From NCBI RefSeq assembly GCF_009914755.1, contig NC_060932.1: a stretch of 64,000 nucleotides of DNA; one strand, given 5' to 3'. The position numbers were made by a program, and so were the translations under genes. Source of the stretch: the human T2T-CHM13v2.0 reference genome, Homo sapiens. Below the pieces are notes generated by a model. The model was not told the origin of the DNA. It ran no database searches and saw only the letters and a list, made by a program, of their open reading frames with translations. Within the stretch, counting starts at the first letter, position 1; each line of letters starts with the position of its first letter. Below are positions 27,266 through 39,740 of the stretch, in pieces.

Positions 27266-29186
27266 AACCTTTTATCCCTTTCCATGATGAATATGGTTTA
27301 ATATGTTAGCACTTTCACTTTTGGCTTAACAAAAATAATGTCCCTGTAAAGGCAGAGAAGATAGCACCCACTAAATGTGACTGCCATTAACCGTAGGGTT
27401 ACTGACTCACAACCAAGGTATTTCGTGAACAGAAGTGACATCAAATTCAGACTTCTGACACTGTGAGGCATAAGTAAATGGACAAGAAATATTCCACTTT
27501 TATTTTCCTTGCTATGGGAATTCAACTGATGCTTGCAATGTGGTTAATGCCATGAAGAGGAAGTCAGATTTGCTCTCCCTCAGTTATCACCACTTCAGAA
27601 TCTAAGTAACTGTGGCAACGTTTATTCACCCTCAAAGCTTTTAAGATGATTGAGATTACAGTTGAAAAGAAAACCCAAATGTTTTTCTAGAAATTACAGT
27701 TACCTAAAGGAAAAACAAAAATATCTATTCATTAGAGACTGTTTTTAGTGAAATGCAATAAATTCTATATTCACCATAGTTGAAATTTCAGTTAATATTG
27801 CTGAATAATTTTCAACAAGCTTTTACTCAAAACCAGCACTCTAGAAGTTACATAGCAACCAGTGATTGATTGTCAGAAGTCAGGACTGCAATATTAGAGC
27901 TAACATGAGTACATAGAGGTTGCCGAAGAAAACGTGGTTTCAATAGTTAGCAAATAAATCACTGTGTTTAGACAACAAGGAGAATATATAAAGTTTTCTT
28001 ATAGCTTGGACATGCTACATATTTCAATAACAGCTGTAATCAAACAAAATCATAATTTGACCATTCAAAATTTAACATTTTACTTTGTTTCCTGGACATG
28101 CAGTATGTGCACGGCTTTTCAATACATACATTTAGGGAGTTAAAATAATAGGTTTTCAACAAGAATCAACTGATCAGTGTGTTGTGTACTCTATTTTACT
28201 TCTTACACTGGAAAGTGTGGTCAAAGTGTCCAGTGATAAGCAATCATTTAAAAGCACAGTTTGTGAATTCTTAGCAAAAGCGAAGATACATTGCCATAGA
28301 TTGGCTCTTCTGGTCTACTCACTTTGTGGAATCAGGTGTGATTATCACAGAAAAATGGATGCAATTTGCATATAATCAATAATTGATTGGTAAAGTGTTC
28401 ATTTTCAATTGATTATTTTTTGTTTTCTGAGCAAAAGTATGTAGTGAGGAGGGAGTAATATTTTAAAGCAAATCTAATGTAACTTTGCCAAAGTAAAAAG
28501 AATCACATAATCTTACTTCTGAAATTTATACAATGTCAAATCAAATAAAAAATGTCCAACATCACTGAACTATGAATAGGAGATTAATGTGCAGTTTCAC
28601 AGTACCTATTACTGATGTGTATCTACTGTGGAGTTAGTGTCTTTTTAATAAAAAGCTCATATATGCAAATCTTGAATGATCTGTGCACTTTCAAAGTTCT
28701 CAGATCTTCCACTAGTTGTTTCACATATAGAAACACACAACACACACACACACGCACACACACAATTTCTTAAGTTATGGTTAGGAACACCTATTATTTT
28801 GTGTAGCAAGATTGATGATTTCCCTCATTTACACATTTGGGGAATCAGATACCTTATTTTTCTTATGAGATTTGTGTTGGAAGTCTCAGTATTCCAGCTC
28901 TTAAAAGTTAAAAACTATGAAAAACATAAGGATGCCTTTCATCTAGTATAGATTTTTAAAAACTTAAGGTAAATAAAGGCCTTTTTACAAAAGCTAGACA
29001 CACAGCTCAAAGGGCCTTTATATTAGCATTTGAACTCTGCTGAGGAAAAAATTGCAAACTATCAGAAAGATAGACCTGCACCTCAGTATACTTTATTATA
29101 CTATATTTTAGAATCAAATTTTCCCTAGGAAGTACATGATAGCGTAAATCAAACTATGTTCAATACTAGGAAAGTTACAAGGTCAC

Positions 29187-30520
29187 TGTTACAGGATCCT
29201 TGGGGTGTTGCTTTTCCAGCCAGATATCTCAGTGGTTGGTGGCACCTTTGCCTGAGTTTTGCTAAGGGCCACTGGGTTAGTTCTGCCCACTCGGCCTGGC
29301 AGGCTGCGGTTCACTCGCACTACCAGCCGGATCCCACACGTGCCAAGGGTGAGCCATGCACGAAGTAGTGAGGGATATGTAAACAAGTGAGCATGGGGTC
29401 CGGCCACTGCTCACAACAAAGCGCTGTAGTGGGATAGGCAGCTCCACGTGCCAGCATGAGTGCCAGGTCCCTGTGAGGCTGAGGCTGGACCAGGCATACC
29501 ACAAGCAGCTTCCACAGCTGGGACCAGGGACCAGGAACACGGTGGTGCCCAGAAGCTTAGAGATGCCGGGAACCACAGAGCCCCAAAGAGGGTGTCACAG
29601 TCCTAGTTTGGAGATTCCTAGGTCTGGGCTCCCTGAAGGGCCTCAGCTCTTCTCGCCTCTCTTCTCTCCTTCTCATTGCCTGCAATATGGGGAGCAAGGG
29701 GTGTGTTTCAGCCCTGTTTTTGTTACAGTTCTCTCAACTCAGCCATTTGGCAGGTCCTGAGTTCTTGTCCTGAATCCAGGAAGACTTAGGTACTTGGACA
29801 AGTGGAGGGTGAGCAAGGTAAAGAGATGTTTTATTGCAAAAGAACAGCTCTGAGGAGACCCACAGTTGGTAGCTCCTTTCTGCAGGAAGGTTGTCCCAAC
29901 GAGTATCCAGCTGTCGTCAGAGAAGAGTCCCACAGTGGGTAGCTCCTCTCAGCAGGCAGATCCTCCCCTTGTCTGCCTAAGTCTGTCTGAATGTAGGTTT
30001 TTTATGGGCTTCAAAGCGAGGGAGTGCGTGCTGATTGGTCCATGGGTGGCCATGGTGGACCGGGAAAAAGTACCGTAAGTTCTCACTTTAGTCCACCAAA
30101 CTGACAGCCCAGTCCCCAGGCCTCAAGCCTTCCCTGGCCTGAAGGTGGGGTTTCACCAGGGGCTGGGCCACAACTTTGCTCTGAAATTGGAGCAGCACTA
30201 GGAGTGGAGAGATGCCAAGGCAGCAGGAGCAGGAACTTTTGAGCCTGTGGGGCAGGGGTCTTCCCAGGCCCCCAAGAGTGCAGGGGTCTTCCCAGGCCCC
30301 CAAGAGTGCAGAGATGCCTGGGTCCGTAGCTGCAGCCCAGAGGCGCAACTGCACTTGGGAGGGAGGGCAGGGCTCCTGCCCCTCCAACTTGGAAGTGGTT
30401 GGGGCTTCTGCCTATTTCTGGCTCCTGTCAGCTCCATGAAAGCACAACCCGGGCTGCGTCTCCCCCACTGCAGCCAGCATCAAGGCAGCAGCAGCTCCAG
30501 ATGGGCCACGGCTGCCAACA
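29187..30520 (-). mobile_element. MER52 (ERV1) solo LTR, GC-rich
   Basis: Minus strand starts tgttggcagccgtggcccatctggagc and ends acaccccaaggatcctgtaaca; 4-bp TSD tcac (29183-29186 / 30521-30524). Confidence 0.88.
30252..30307. repeat. Perfect 28-bp tandem duplication inside MER52
   Basis: gcaggggtcttcccaggcccccaagagt, two copies. Confidence 0.95.
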
Positions 30521-31469
30521 TCACTATCCATGGGAACAGGAAGAGCCTCTGAGTGTCAGTAACCAGAAATCTAGTTTGAAATCCTGCATCTTGTCACTAA
30601 TTTGGGAATACTCAGATTCTTTTTAGAAGATACACTGTCACACCAAACTGTTAGATATACTGAGGTCAAACTACTGTAATCTGTCTAACTGGTCACTAGT
30701 ATATCAAAAACCATCATCTTTCCAGCTGTGTTTTTAATTGAGGATAGTTTTCCGTAAATTACTAACATTCAGAACTACCCAAAATGAGATATTTGCAAAT
30801 ATTAATTTAAAATATTTTAAACCATGATAGAGGCTATACAGATCTATTGTGTTTTGGCCACAGAAACATTAGTAGTCTCTGCTATTAGTCTCCTTTTATG
30901 TAATATATAGCATTTAGCGTGTGAATTAATGAATGATTTAAATTCATTCTCCTTGCCATAGCTCCCAATTGACTCTGTTTCATTTTATTTTAAATTTTAT
31001 ATAAAGGTGCATAACTGGCATGATGGAAAATGCGTTATAAAACCATAATGGCAACCATGGGGTTTTGTAGCTAAAAGGAACCTTTGCAATCAACTGTACA
31101 TGTTATGTTTCTCCCACTAGCAAATATTCAGTCTTGGTTCTATGGCAAACATTTCAAAATACATAATGAGTGTAATAAAATGTAAAACTGGTGTTCTCTC
31201 TTGAATTATTATAAATAAGGCACACTTTAAGTATTAGAAATACCTGCTCCATGAGCAGCCAAGAATATTAAAAGGCAGAGTAATGGACTATGATAACTGA
31301 TGCAAGTATATAAATTGCATACTGTTCTTTAAGTCAGAAACATATTCAGATAAGAGAAAACTGTAAGAATTTCAGTAGAATGCAGAATTATTTGATTGAA
31401 AGGAAGCAAATGATAACCTGTTTCTGTGTAAGGTTTTTTTTGAAAATGTTTACTCTACTCATTACTTAC

Positions 31470-31765
31470 AGGGGCAAAGTAAATTCCCCTACTTATTGAT
31501 TCTGTGTTTGCCTATGTGACTTGTTCTGGAAGACAGGACACAAGCTGAGTGGTGTTTCTCCCTCACATCTATGCCACAACCATGAGAAAATCATGTGCAG
31601 CTTAACCACTGGTCCCAGGAGTGAGATACAATTCACTGGGAGAGTGCTAATTATTCCCATCTTTGCCCAGGCTGGATAAGTTCTGAGAATAAGTGACAGT
31701 GGGTTTCAACACACTGACTTATATGCTTTTTTAAGCCTTTTTATGGCAATTGCTAACTGATTACC
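31470..31765 (+). mobile_element. Old MLT1 LTR fragment
   Basis: cctatgtgacttgttctgg...accatgagaaaatcatg...ttatggcaattgctaactgat. Confidence 0.55.
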
Positions 31766-32559
31766 CTGAACTCAAGACATATTCTACAGTTTTACAATAT
31801 CTTGATACATTGCATTGGATTTCTGCAACCTGAGGTTCTCATGCCCTTTTCACAGTCTATCTTTCATTGCTCTTTTCAAATGCCACATTTCTCTGAAAGC
31901 ACTCTCTTATCAGAAATTATTTGCCATCTTGTGTCTGCTTCCCTGGACACAGCTTTTGTATTCATTTGCAAACACTATTATATTATACTTTGTGTTATAA
32001 CTTTATGTGTATTCTTCACATTTCTGCTACTGGAGTATACCTGTGAAATATGGCTTGTGTCATATTTATCTCGCAATTCCCTGATTTTAGAACCTAGATA
32101 TTGGTTATTATATGTATTTAATAATGGTTTTAGAAAATCCTCTTTTTTTTTCATTTAGGTAAGAGCATCTGTGAATTGAGTGAGTAAATTAATATATTTT
32201 GGAGTCCTAAACATATATACAAATCTATTATTGTTTTATTGGGAGATATCATATGAAAGTATATCAATTATTATAAGAAAAAAATAAGCATGTCTTATAC
32301 ATTTTGTAAGTCAGTTCTGGAATCATCAGCTTGCAGATTTGAAAGCTGGCTTAGTTGTTTCTGACTTCCCACAACCATCAATTATTTTCTTTCCCTTAAT
32401 ATGGTTAGAAAAACTCTAGTTTCATTCCACTGATATTAAAGAGATATCTTCTTCAATTTTTTTACAATATAATAGAAGGACACTTACTTGATGCACAGAT
32501 GTTCTTACCTAAATGAAAAACAACTGAGGATTTTTAAGCTGGAATATTAAAATATCTTT

Positions 32560-33450
32560 AAATATTTATCCTGCCAAAACCCAGAATCCACAAGGAGCCT
32601 TGGTACATTGTTGGAGAATAACATTTAGAAACCAAGGTATGGGCTGGGCTATGAATGCTCACATTACCACTGGGTGGCCTTGCATCTGGGTGTTCTCAAT
32701 ATAGAGAGGGAATAGATGTATGTTTATTAATCCACACAAAAAATGTTTGTAGTTTTGCATCTAACTGCAAAAGTACATGTGTGTACATATACACACATAT
32801 GTGTATATATAATGTGTATGTATATATAATTTTTATATATCACACCATATATTTATAATATTAATAACTGAATTCCAATACAATACCACAGAGTTCACTT
32901 TAGCCTTTTCCCCTTTTCTTACTTGTAAATTATTCAACATTGAGAAACCTAGTTCTTATTAGCTGTAATACATTATTTGTTTGGTTTGTTCTAGTATACA
33001 TATAAGGCACTCTCAGAATTGCTAACCTATATCCCTGTGGCGAGCGTATTTATTGTATTTATATATAGAATTTTTTGTTTTTATCCCTACAGTATCCAGT
33101 CAAGATATTATTTCCAAAGTTACTTAGAATAGTTCTGTTCTTCCCCCAATTTGTGTGTTAATAGAGTATGTTTGTTAGTGTTTGTTTTCTATTTTTTGTT
33201 TTCCTTATATTATAATTGATTTTAATTTATTTTTTAGTTTTTCTTTGGGGTATATGAAGGATATGTGAAATATTACTGTGGTTCTAGCAGTCCAGCTATG
33301 TAAACAATATACTCAAAGAAACATCACTTCCTCCTAAACTCTGCTATCTCATTAACGATACCTGCTGTGTTCACTCATTTTCTTCCTACTCACCACGGAG
33401 AATAAACTAAACCCTTTAATGTCCAGTTTATCCTTTTTTTAGTGCTAAAA
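32560..33450 (-). mobile_element. L1MC/MD-type 3' region
   Basis: tccacaaggagccttggt...atttagaaaccaag...aattccaatacaataccacagagttcactttagcc...tgagaaacctagttct. Confidence 0.6.
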
Positions 33451-33583
33451 AATAAAGACATGCACTCAATAAAATTCAAGTTCATTGAAAAACACAGGAG
33501 CCAACCTGAAGTAGCCTAACAATTTGAGCAAAAATAAATAAATATCATAGTACTTGATTATAACCCATAAAACAAAAAACACA

Positions 33584-33624
33584 TGTGTGTTTGTGTGTGT
33601 GTGTGTGTGTGTGTATGTGTGTGT
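33584..33624. repeat. (TG)n microsatellite
   Basis: Interrupted TG run. Confidence 0.9.
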
Positions 33625-34175
33625 ACTACAAAGGGAAAGACAGTAACTTTGCAGTGGAGAAACTGAGCAGGCCAACAACACCAGTAACAAGACATAACAT
33701 CTTGAGAACTGTGACATGATACCTTGAGAACTCAACACTGGCTCTGTGACATTCTTGACAAAAATACAGAGCAGCTTTCAGTCATGCAGAAGCATCAGAC
33801 CTATCCAAATTGACTTACATTAGACAAAACACATGATCGACATATTTTGAAAGTATCAAGATTGTGAAAGACTAGGAAAGCCTGAGGAACTATTTCCAGA
33901 TTACAGGAGACTAAGGAGAAGTAACTAGTTGCAATGCAGAATCCTGAACTTGATCCTGGACCAAAAAGAGACAAATAGTGGGAGAAAATGGTAAGATTTG
34001 AGCAAAATCTCTAGTTATATAGTATGCTACTAATGTTAATGGGCTTTGGTTCTGACTGCCATGCTAAGGTTATATAAAATGGTAATAAAGAAAGCTGGGA
34101 AAGAAATCCATGAAAACTCTCTGTAGAATTCTGCAACTATTCTCCATGTCTAACTTTAGTTAAAGAAAGAAAAAC
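33625..34175 (+). mobile_element. L1MC4/5-type 3' end
   Basis: gtaactttgcagtggagaaact...ccagattacaggagactaaggag...aactctctgtag...tgcaactattct. Confidence 0.7.
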
Positions 34176-36602
34176 TTTAAAAAGATCTCTAAGTTTCCTT
34201 GGATTTGAATATTTTGTTAAAAATTATCGAAAGTGTGCTTAGCTTAAAATATCTTTCATGCCAAAATTTGGAGTAGATTCCTGCTCTCTTGATTCCAAGT
34301 TCAATAATCTTTCCAATACTCCATGTCCTTCCAAATCTTTTAGTGATATTTTTACTCAAAGCACAATTGAGTTGGTAATGCATTAAACCTCAAATCTATT
34401 GTTTGGTTATATGAAATATAAAACATATTTTTAAAAATCTGTGCATATCCCTATTCCTGGCTCTCCTAAAAATAACCTATAAGCTCATCCACTTAATTTT
34501 GTGGTTACTCAATTAGTTCTACTCTACAAAAGAGATGAGAAATCCAAGATTTATTTTTAAGACTGCAGTAGGTTGGCTTCTTTTATAGATCTTAGAATTG
34601 GAGGACAGAGAAAAGGCATTTAGAACACTTTTATATTCGTTTTTCCTATCCTAAGCTTTTTCTTTAAATTTGTTGTGCAAATTATCTCTGCAGTTCTATA
34701 ATGCCCTTTCTGCTTCTTTAGGAGCACTAAAATTTATCTTTAATAAGACAAGATATATTTTTAAAATAGTACCAGTAGAGAACAAATAGTAATTATCAAT
34801 GTGTACAAGACATGATATTTCTCCTTACCCTCAAAATCAACATTGTCACTCCTAAAGTCTAATTAAAATAATACTGCCTGATGCTAGATTATTAAATAAT
34901 ACTATTAGGAATTACTGGCTATGTCAGTGATTTTTTTTTATTTTATTGTATTTTCCAGCACCATACAGTTATCTGACTGGTAAATCATTATTTAAATGCC
35001 ACCAACGACTATCTGAATATGCAGAAAATTAAGTTCCCAAACTTACAGGCTGAATTATACAAATGGTCCCGGAGTGCTATTGCTGATAGTATTGAGCAAT
35101 TGATGTTTCATAGCATTTAATAAAAATAGAACTGTAAAACTGGCATATACATAAAAGTCATTGGCAACAAAAGGAAACATTGTTATTTTGGAACATATTA
35201 GTAAAATACAGATTTTATTAAATTGTCATTCCAGATTCTGAAATAATAAGCTGGCTGTGAAACCATGACATGTTTCCCTGTCCCCATAAATTTAATTTAT
35301 TTCTAAAATTCAAATTTATATCATTTCCTTACATCTTGCACTATGGCAATATTATTATTTAAATCATTGATTTTTGCATAAGTTACATTTCTATTTTGAT
35401 TAGCTAATTGAGAAGATTATAATCATTGTTTTAACTTGGAATTTGAAGTGCATTTGTTTATAAGAAAGATCCTGGACAGAAACTCCCAGAGACAAAGCCA
35501 TTTAAACATCACATTGCTTTGAGAATCCCACAGAGCTGAACTTGATAGGAGTTGCTGGTAATGCAAACCCTGGGGACATCCTTATTAGTCTGCCCACTGA
35601 GTGGACTCTGTGTGTGTGGTGTGCTCCCCGGGCTAGCAATAGCTAATAATTTAAAGCTGGTAGAAGAGTCACTCCAGACATTTAAAATGCAATCACCTAC
35701 CTTTGCTGACATTTAAAATAAAATGAACCAGTGTAGTTCCTGAAGTTAACTTGAGATCCTCCAAAGGGATCCATGAAGTTGTCATGTGGTTTTGTATTCC
35801 CAACTTTAAGTTCCATATGAACCTTTAGGCCATGAGGTGGCGGACAGGAGAATGTACTATACCATCAAATGTTTTTAAGTACTTGGTCTCTAGATGTAGA
35901 AAGTTAAAGGATTTCCTGCCTAAACTGAATCATTTCTGAAGATAAGTCATCCTCTAATAAAATAACTACCAAATGCCTGCTGCTGCTGCTGCTGCTGATG
36001 ATGATAAAATATTTAAAATGTAAATACCAAAAAAATACAAATAGCAGAAGAGATCTATTAAGATAGGATATAGTTGTCAGAGTTCAAAACAGGTGGACTC
36101 TGAAGACTCCTGCTCTTATTTATGACCTCAAATTTGTTTTTCTCCTCTCTTCATCTGAGTTAGGGTGTGTTAATAGTGCTTTAATGAAATCACTTCTACT
36201 AACTTCCACTAACTAAAAAGAGAGCAAGGCCAAATTGAGCTTTCTTTCAATCTGTTCCTATTTGTTCTATAGATAGCAGAGTTTCTAAATTTAAAAAGTC
36301 ACATAGAATTTAAATTTGTAGTGCTTTAGAGATCAACCCCAAATTACTCACTATTTTTATTCTCTCAGTTGTTTCATTGGAGATCTTGGAAAGCATAAGT
36401 AAACCTAAGTTTTCCAGGTTACTATATTTCTTGAAAACCTATGCATTAAAGTTCCCCATCCTCCACAATGGAAGATTACTATAACATATTGTAAGTCTAG
36501 GAATCTCATAAGATATGAATTACATAGGATCTTCCAGTCCAATTTGCACAAAATTCACATCTCTTAATCAAGAACAATTAAGAAAAGTCTGACAGTGGTG
36601 CC

Positions 36603-36957
36603 TATATTAGTCTGCTCTCATGCTACTTATAAAGACATACCCAACACTGGGTAATTTATAAAGAAAAAGATGTTTAATGGACTCACAGTTCCAAATAACT
36701 GGGAGGCCTCAAAATCATGGTGGAAGGTGAAGGAGGAGCAAAGTCATGTCTTACATGACAACAGGCAAGAGAGAGAGTGCAGGGTAACTGCCCTTTGTAA
36801 AACCATCAGATCTCATGAGACTTATTCACTATCATGAGAACAGCACAGGAAAAACCCACCCGCATGATTCAATTACCTCCCACCAGCTCCCTTCCATGAC
36901 ATGTGGGAGCTATGATTCAAGAAGAGATTTGGGTGGGGACATCTCCAAACCATATCA
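36603..36957 (-). mobile_element. THE1 solo LTR
   Basis: tatattagtctgctctcatgct...gatttgggtggggacatctccaaaccatatca; perfect 5-bp TSD gtgcc (36598-36602 / 36958-36962). Confidence 0.93.
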
Positions 36958-37399
36958 GTGCCATTAGAAGAAGCATAAGGCAAAAACTCATTCACATCCC
37001 AGGTTTGTTTACAAGATATAGGCACAGAGACTGCTGGAATCAAATAAGATTTTAGTCCCATGTTGTTATAGTTTAATATATTGCATAGCTGTGGAAACAC
37101 AATTAGTTACCAATAAACTATGTGATACTTTTCTTAACATTGAAGAAAACATCTTGTGCATGTTTTTAAGCTTCACCTTCAAGTGAACCTAATATTTTAG
37201 TGTTGTTACCCCCAATTTCATGCTAGTCTTTGCATTTTTAAGCCTTAGTGGATTTAAAAGTTGGTGAAAAAATAGCATCATAAAAAATTGGCTTTGCTTT
37301 AGTTTGTCATTATCAGAAATAAAATTTAGTATCAATTCCTTGTGGTTCTCATGTGATAATCATGCATAATATTATGATTTCAATAGCTATATTTTTGAA

Positions 37400-37590
37400 G
37401 ACTGACTATGCATCCAGAGCTGTGATAGGTGTTTTACTTATATTATTTCATTGAGTCATCTCAGTAGCTCTTTGATCATTTTTGTGTTCAATGAAACACA
37501 AAGTCGAATATAAATTGCCACACAACTAGTAAAGGTGGGAGATTTGAACCCAGGTTTGATAGATTGACACCTCTGTGCATTTCAACATTT
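37400..37590 (-). mobile_element. MIR
   Basis: tattatttcattgagtcatctcagtagctct...ggtgggagatttgaacccaggtttg. Confidence 0.6.
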
Positions 37591-39086
37591 CATCATAGTT
37601 TACAAAATTATGAAAAATCAGATAAACAATTAGATTGTTGGCATTCACGGTCCTTTTGATTCTCAAAGACTCAAGGACAATATTTATTGGTGAAGCGTGA
37701 ATTTTCTCCCTCAATTCTTAAGAAAACATTCTGCATTTTACTTACAGTATTGCCTGCTGGACCTTTTATTCAAGCCTTGTGTTGATCAGCAGGCATAGGA
37801 TTAAAGTGATTTTTCTTCACAAGAAAATTGTAGTTTCTAGACTGGTGTTTCCATAGTTCTGCAGAAAGCCCATAGTGATCACAATTCATATTGCCTGACA
37901 AACTTGTGCAATTTCTCTAGCTAAAAGGAAAATTTGCCTTTACTTCTAGTTGAATATGAGATAAAGCTATTAGAAAAGTTGTGGATTTTGGATGACTATG
38001 AAGTTTGTATTACTGGTTTATAAAAAGGCTCTCTTTAGTTTTTCTCTACTTGGAAAATAGATGCTGCTTTGAGAAATGGACTCCACGTCTATCATTTTGT
38101 TATGATTCATCACCATTGTCATCCCTAACTGTACACAAAAGTGATGAAATTTAAAAGAATACATTGAGACCTACTTTGTCAAAAAGTATCTCTACTTTCT
38201 GGCAACTTCTAAAATGGCAATTAAGAGACCAAATTGTTTGGCCTTTCTCCTACAATTCTCATAAGGTTAAAATGTAGTAAGATTCCCAGTTAAGGGTAAT
38301 TCTATTTACATTGGAAACAACTATGACATTAAAATGATACTTTTACCAGATTTTGTGTAATTCACAGTTGCAGAAAATGGGTCTAAAATGAATACATAAT
38401 AGTTAAATTTCATTTTAGGAGCTTGTCAAGAAATATCTCAAATTGACTTTAGGACCCATTCATGAAGGAGTACTACCAATTTGGATGGAGTGCATATTGA
38501 GGGAGAAAATCCTTAGAAAGTCAGATTCTGAATTAGATAATACATACATTCTGATTTACTCTTTGAAGATCAAAGAATTGGCATTCAGATATTGTGGGTT
38601 TGGCCTCAATGACCAGTGGAAGTGATAATATTTCAATATCCAGAATGCAGTCATCAGGAAGAACATGCCTTGGAGGGGTTCCATGTTTCAGTTTAATTTA
38701 GAAATGAGTTTGGACAGGTGGTTTAATACAGAAAATCTTCCCATATGATTGAGAGACCCATAAACAAGGAGCCAGTTTGTGGATATGAGGTTATATACTG
38801 TTCAGTGCCTTGTCTTGTGGAAGGGGCATGCTGCCAGATCCTTTTTGAATTGAAGGGAATACCCAATTGTTCCTTATTAAAGTAGCGATCTCTGTGGAAT
38901 TTCCATTTTTCCTAGTTTTCTATTCACCATCCCTTTTTACTAACAGGAACTAAGTTTTTGTGTGTGTGAAATTATACATTCCCTGTTAGAAAATGTTGTT
39001 TTACTTTGCTTTGCTTTATTTTGTTCTGTTGTTGTCATTGATCATGATGTTCCTCTGAAGAAAATATCATATGCAGGCTGAGATTG

Positions 39087-39393
39087 TTTTTTCTTCGTCT
39101 TTTTTTTTTTTCTGAGACAAGATCTCACTCTGTCACCCAAGATAGACTGCAGTGGGACAATCATAGCTACACCCTCAAACTCCTAGGCTCAAATGATCCT
39201 CTCACCTTAGCCTCCCAACTAACTAGGACTCAGGTGTGAGCCAACATGCTAAGCTATTTTTTTTTTCTTTATTTGTAGAGATGGAGTCTTGCTATGTTGC
39301 CTAGGTTGGTCTCAAACTCCTGGTCTCAAGCTATCCTCCTGCCTCAGCCTTTCAAAGAGCTGGAATTACAAGTGTGAGTCATTGCACCCTGTC
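39087..39393 (-). mobile_element. AluJ
   Basis: Poly-T followed by gagacaagatctcactctgtcacc...ctcaagctatcctcctgcctcagcc... Confidence 0.92.
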
Positions 39394-39453
39394 AGGCTTA
39401 GTTTCAATGAATGGAAAAAAATGCCAAATAGAGGTTTAGAGTTGCTTTTCACA

Positions 39454-39740
39454 GGCGTGGTGGCATGCCTGTAATCCCAGCATTTTGGGAGGCTGAGGCA
39501 GTGGATCACTTAAGTTCAGGAGTTTCAGACCAGCCTGGGCAACATGATGAAAGCCCATCTCTACAAGAAAGTACAAACATTAGCCAGGTGTGGTGGCATG
39601 CGTCTGTAATCCCAGCTAATCTGGAGGCTGAGGTGAGAGGATGGCTTGAACCTGGAGGTCCAGGTTGCAACGAGCAGTGATTGCACCACTGCACTCCAGC
39701 CTGGGCGACAGGGCGAGACTCTCATCCCCCGCAAAAATTA
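39454..39740 (+). mobile_element. AluJ
   Basis: ggcgtggtggcatgcctgtaatcccagc...; TSD agttgcttt(t)caca (39440-39453 / 39741-39753). Confidence 0.92.

Noticed and set aside
29156-30626. Dense overlapping ORFs and high GC suggesting a gene or CpG-island promoter
   Set aside because: Explained by the GC-rich MER52 LTR, where stop codons are rare.
35977-36005. (CTG)7(ATG)n trinucleotide run
   Set aside because: Short, non-coding and far below unstable lengths.
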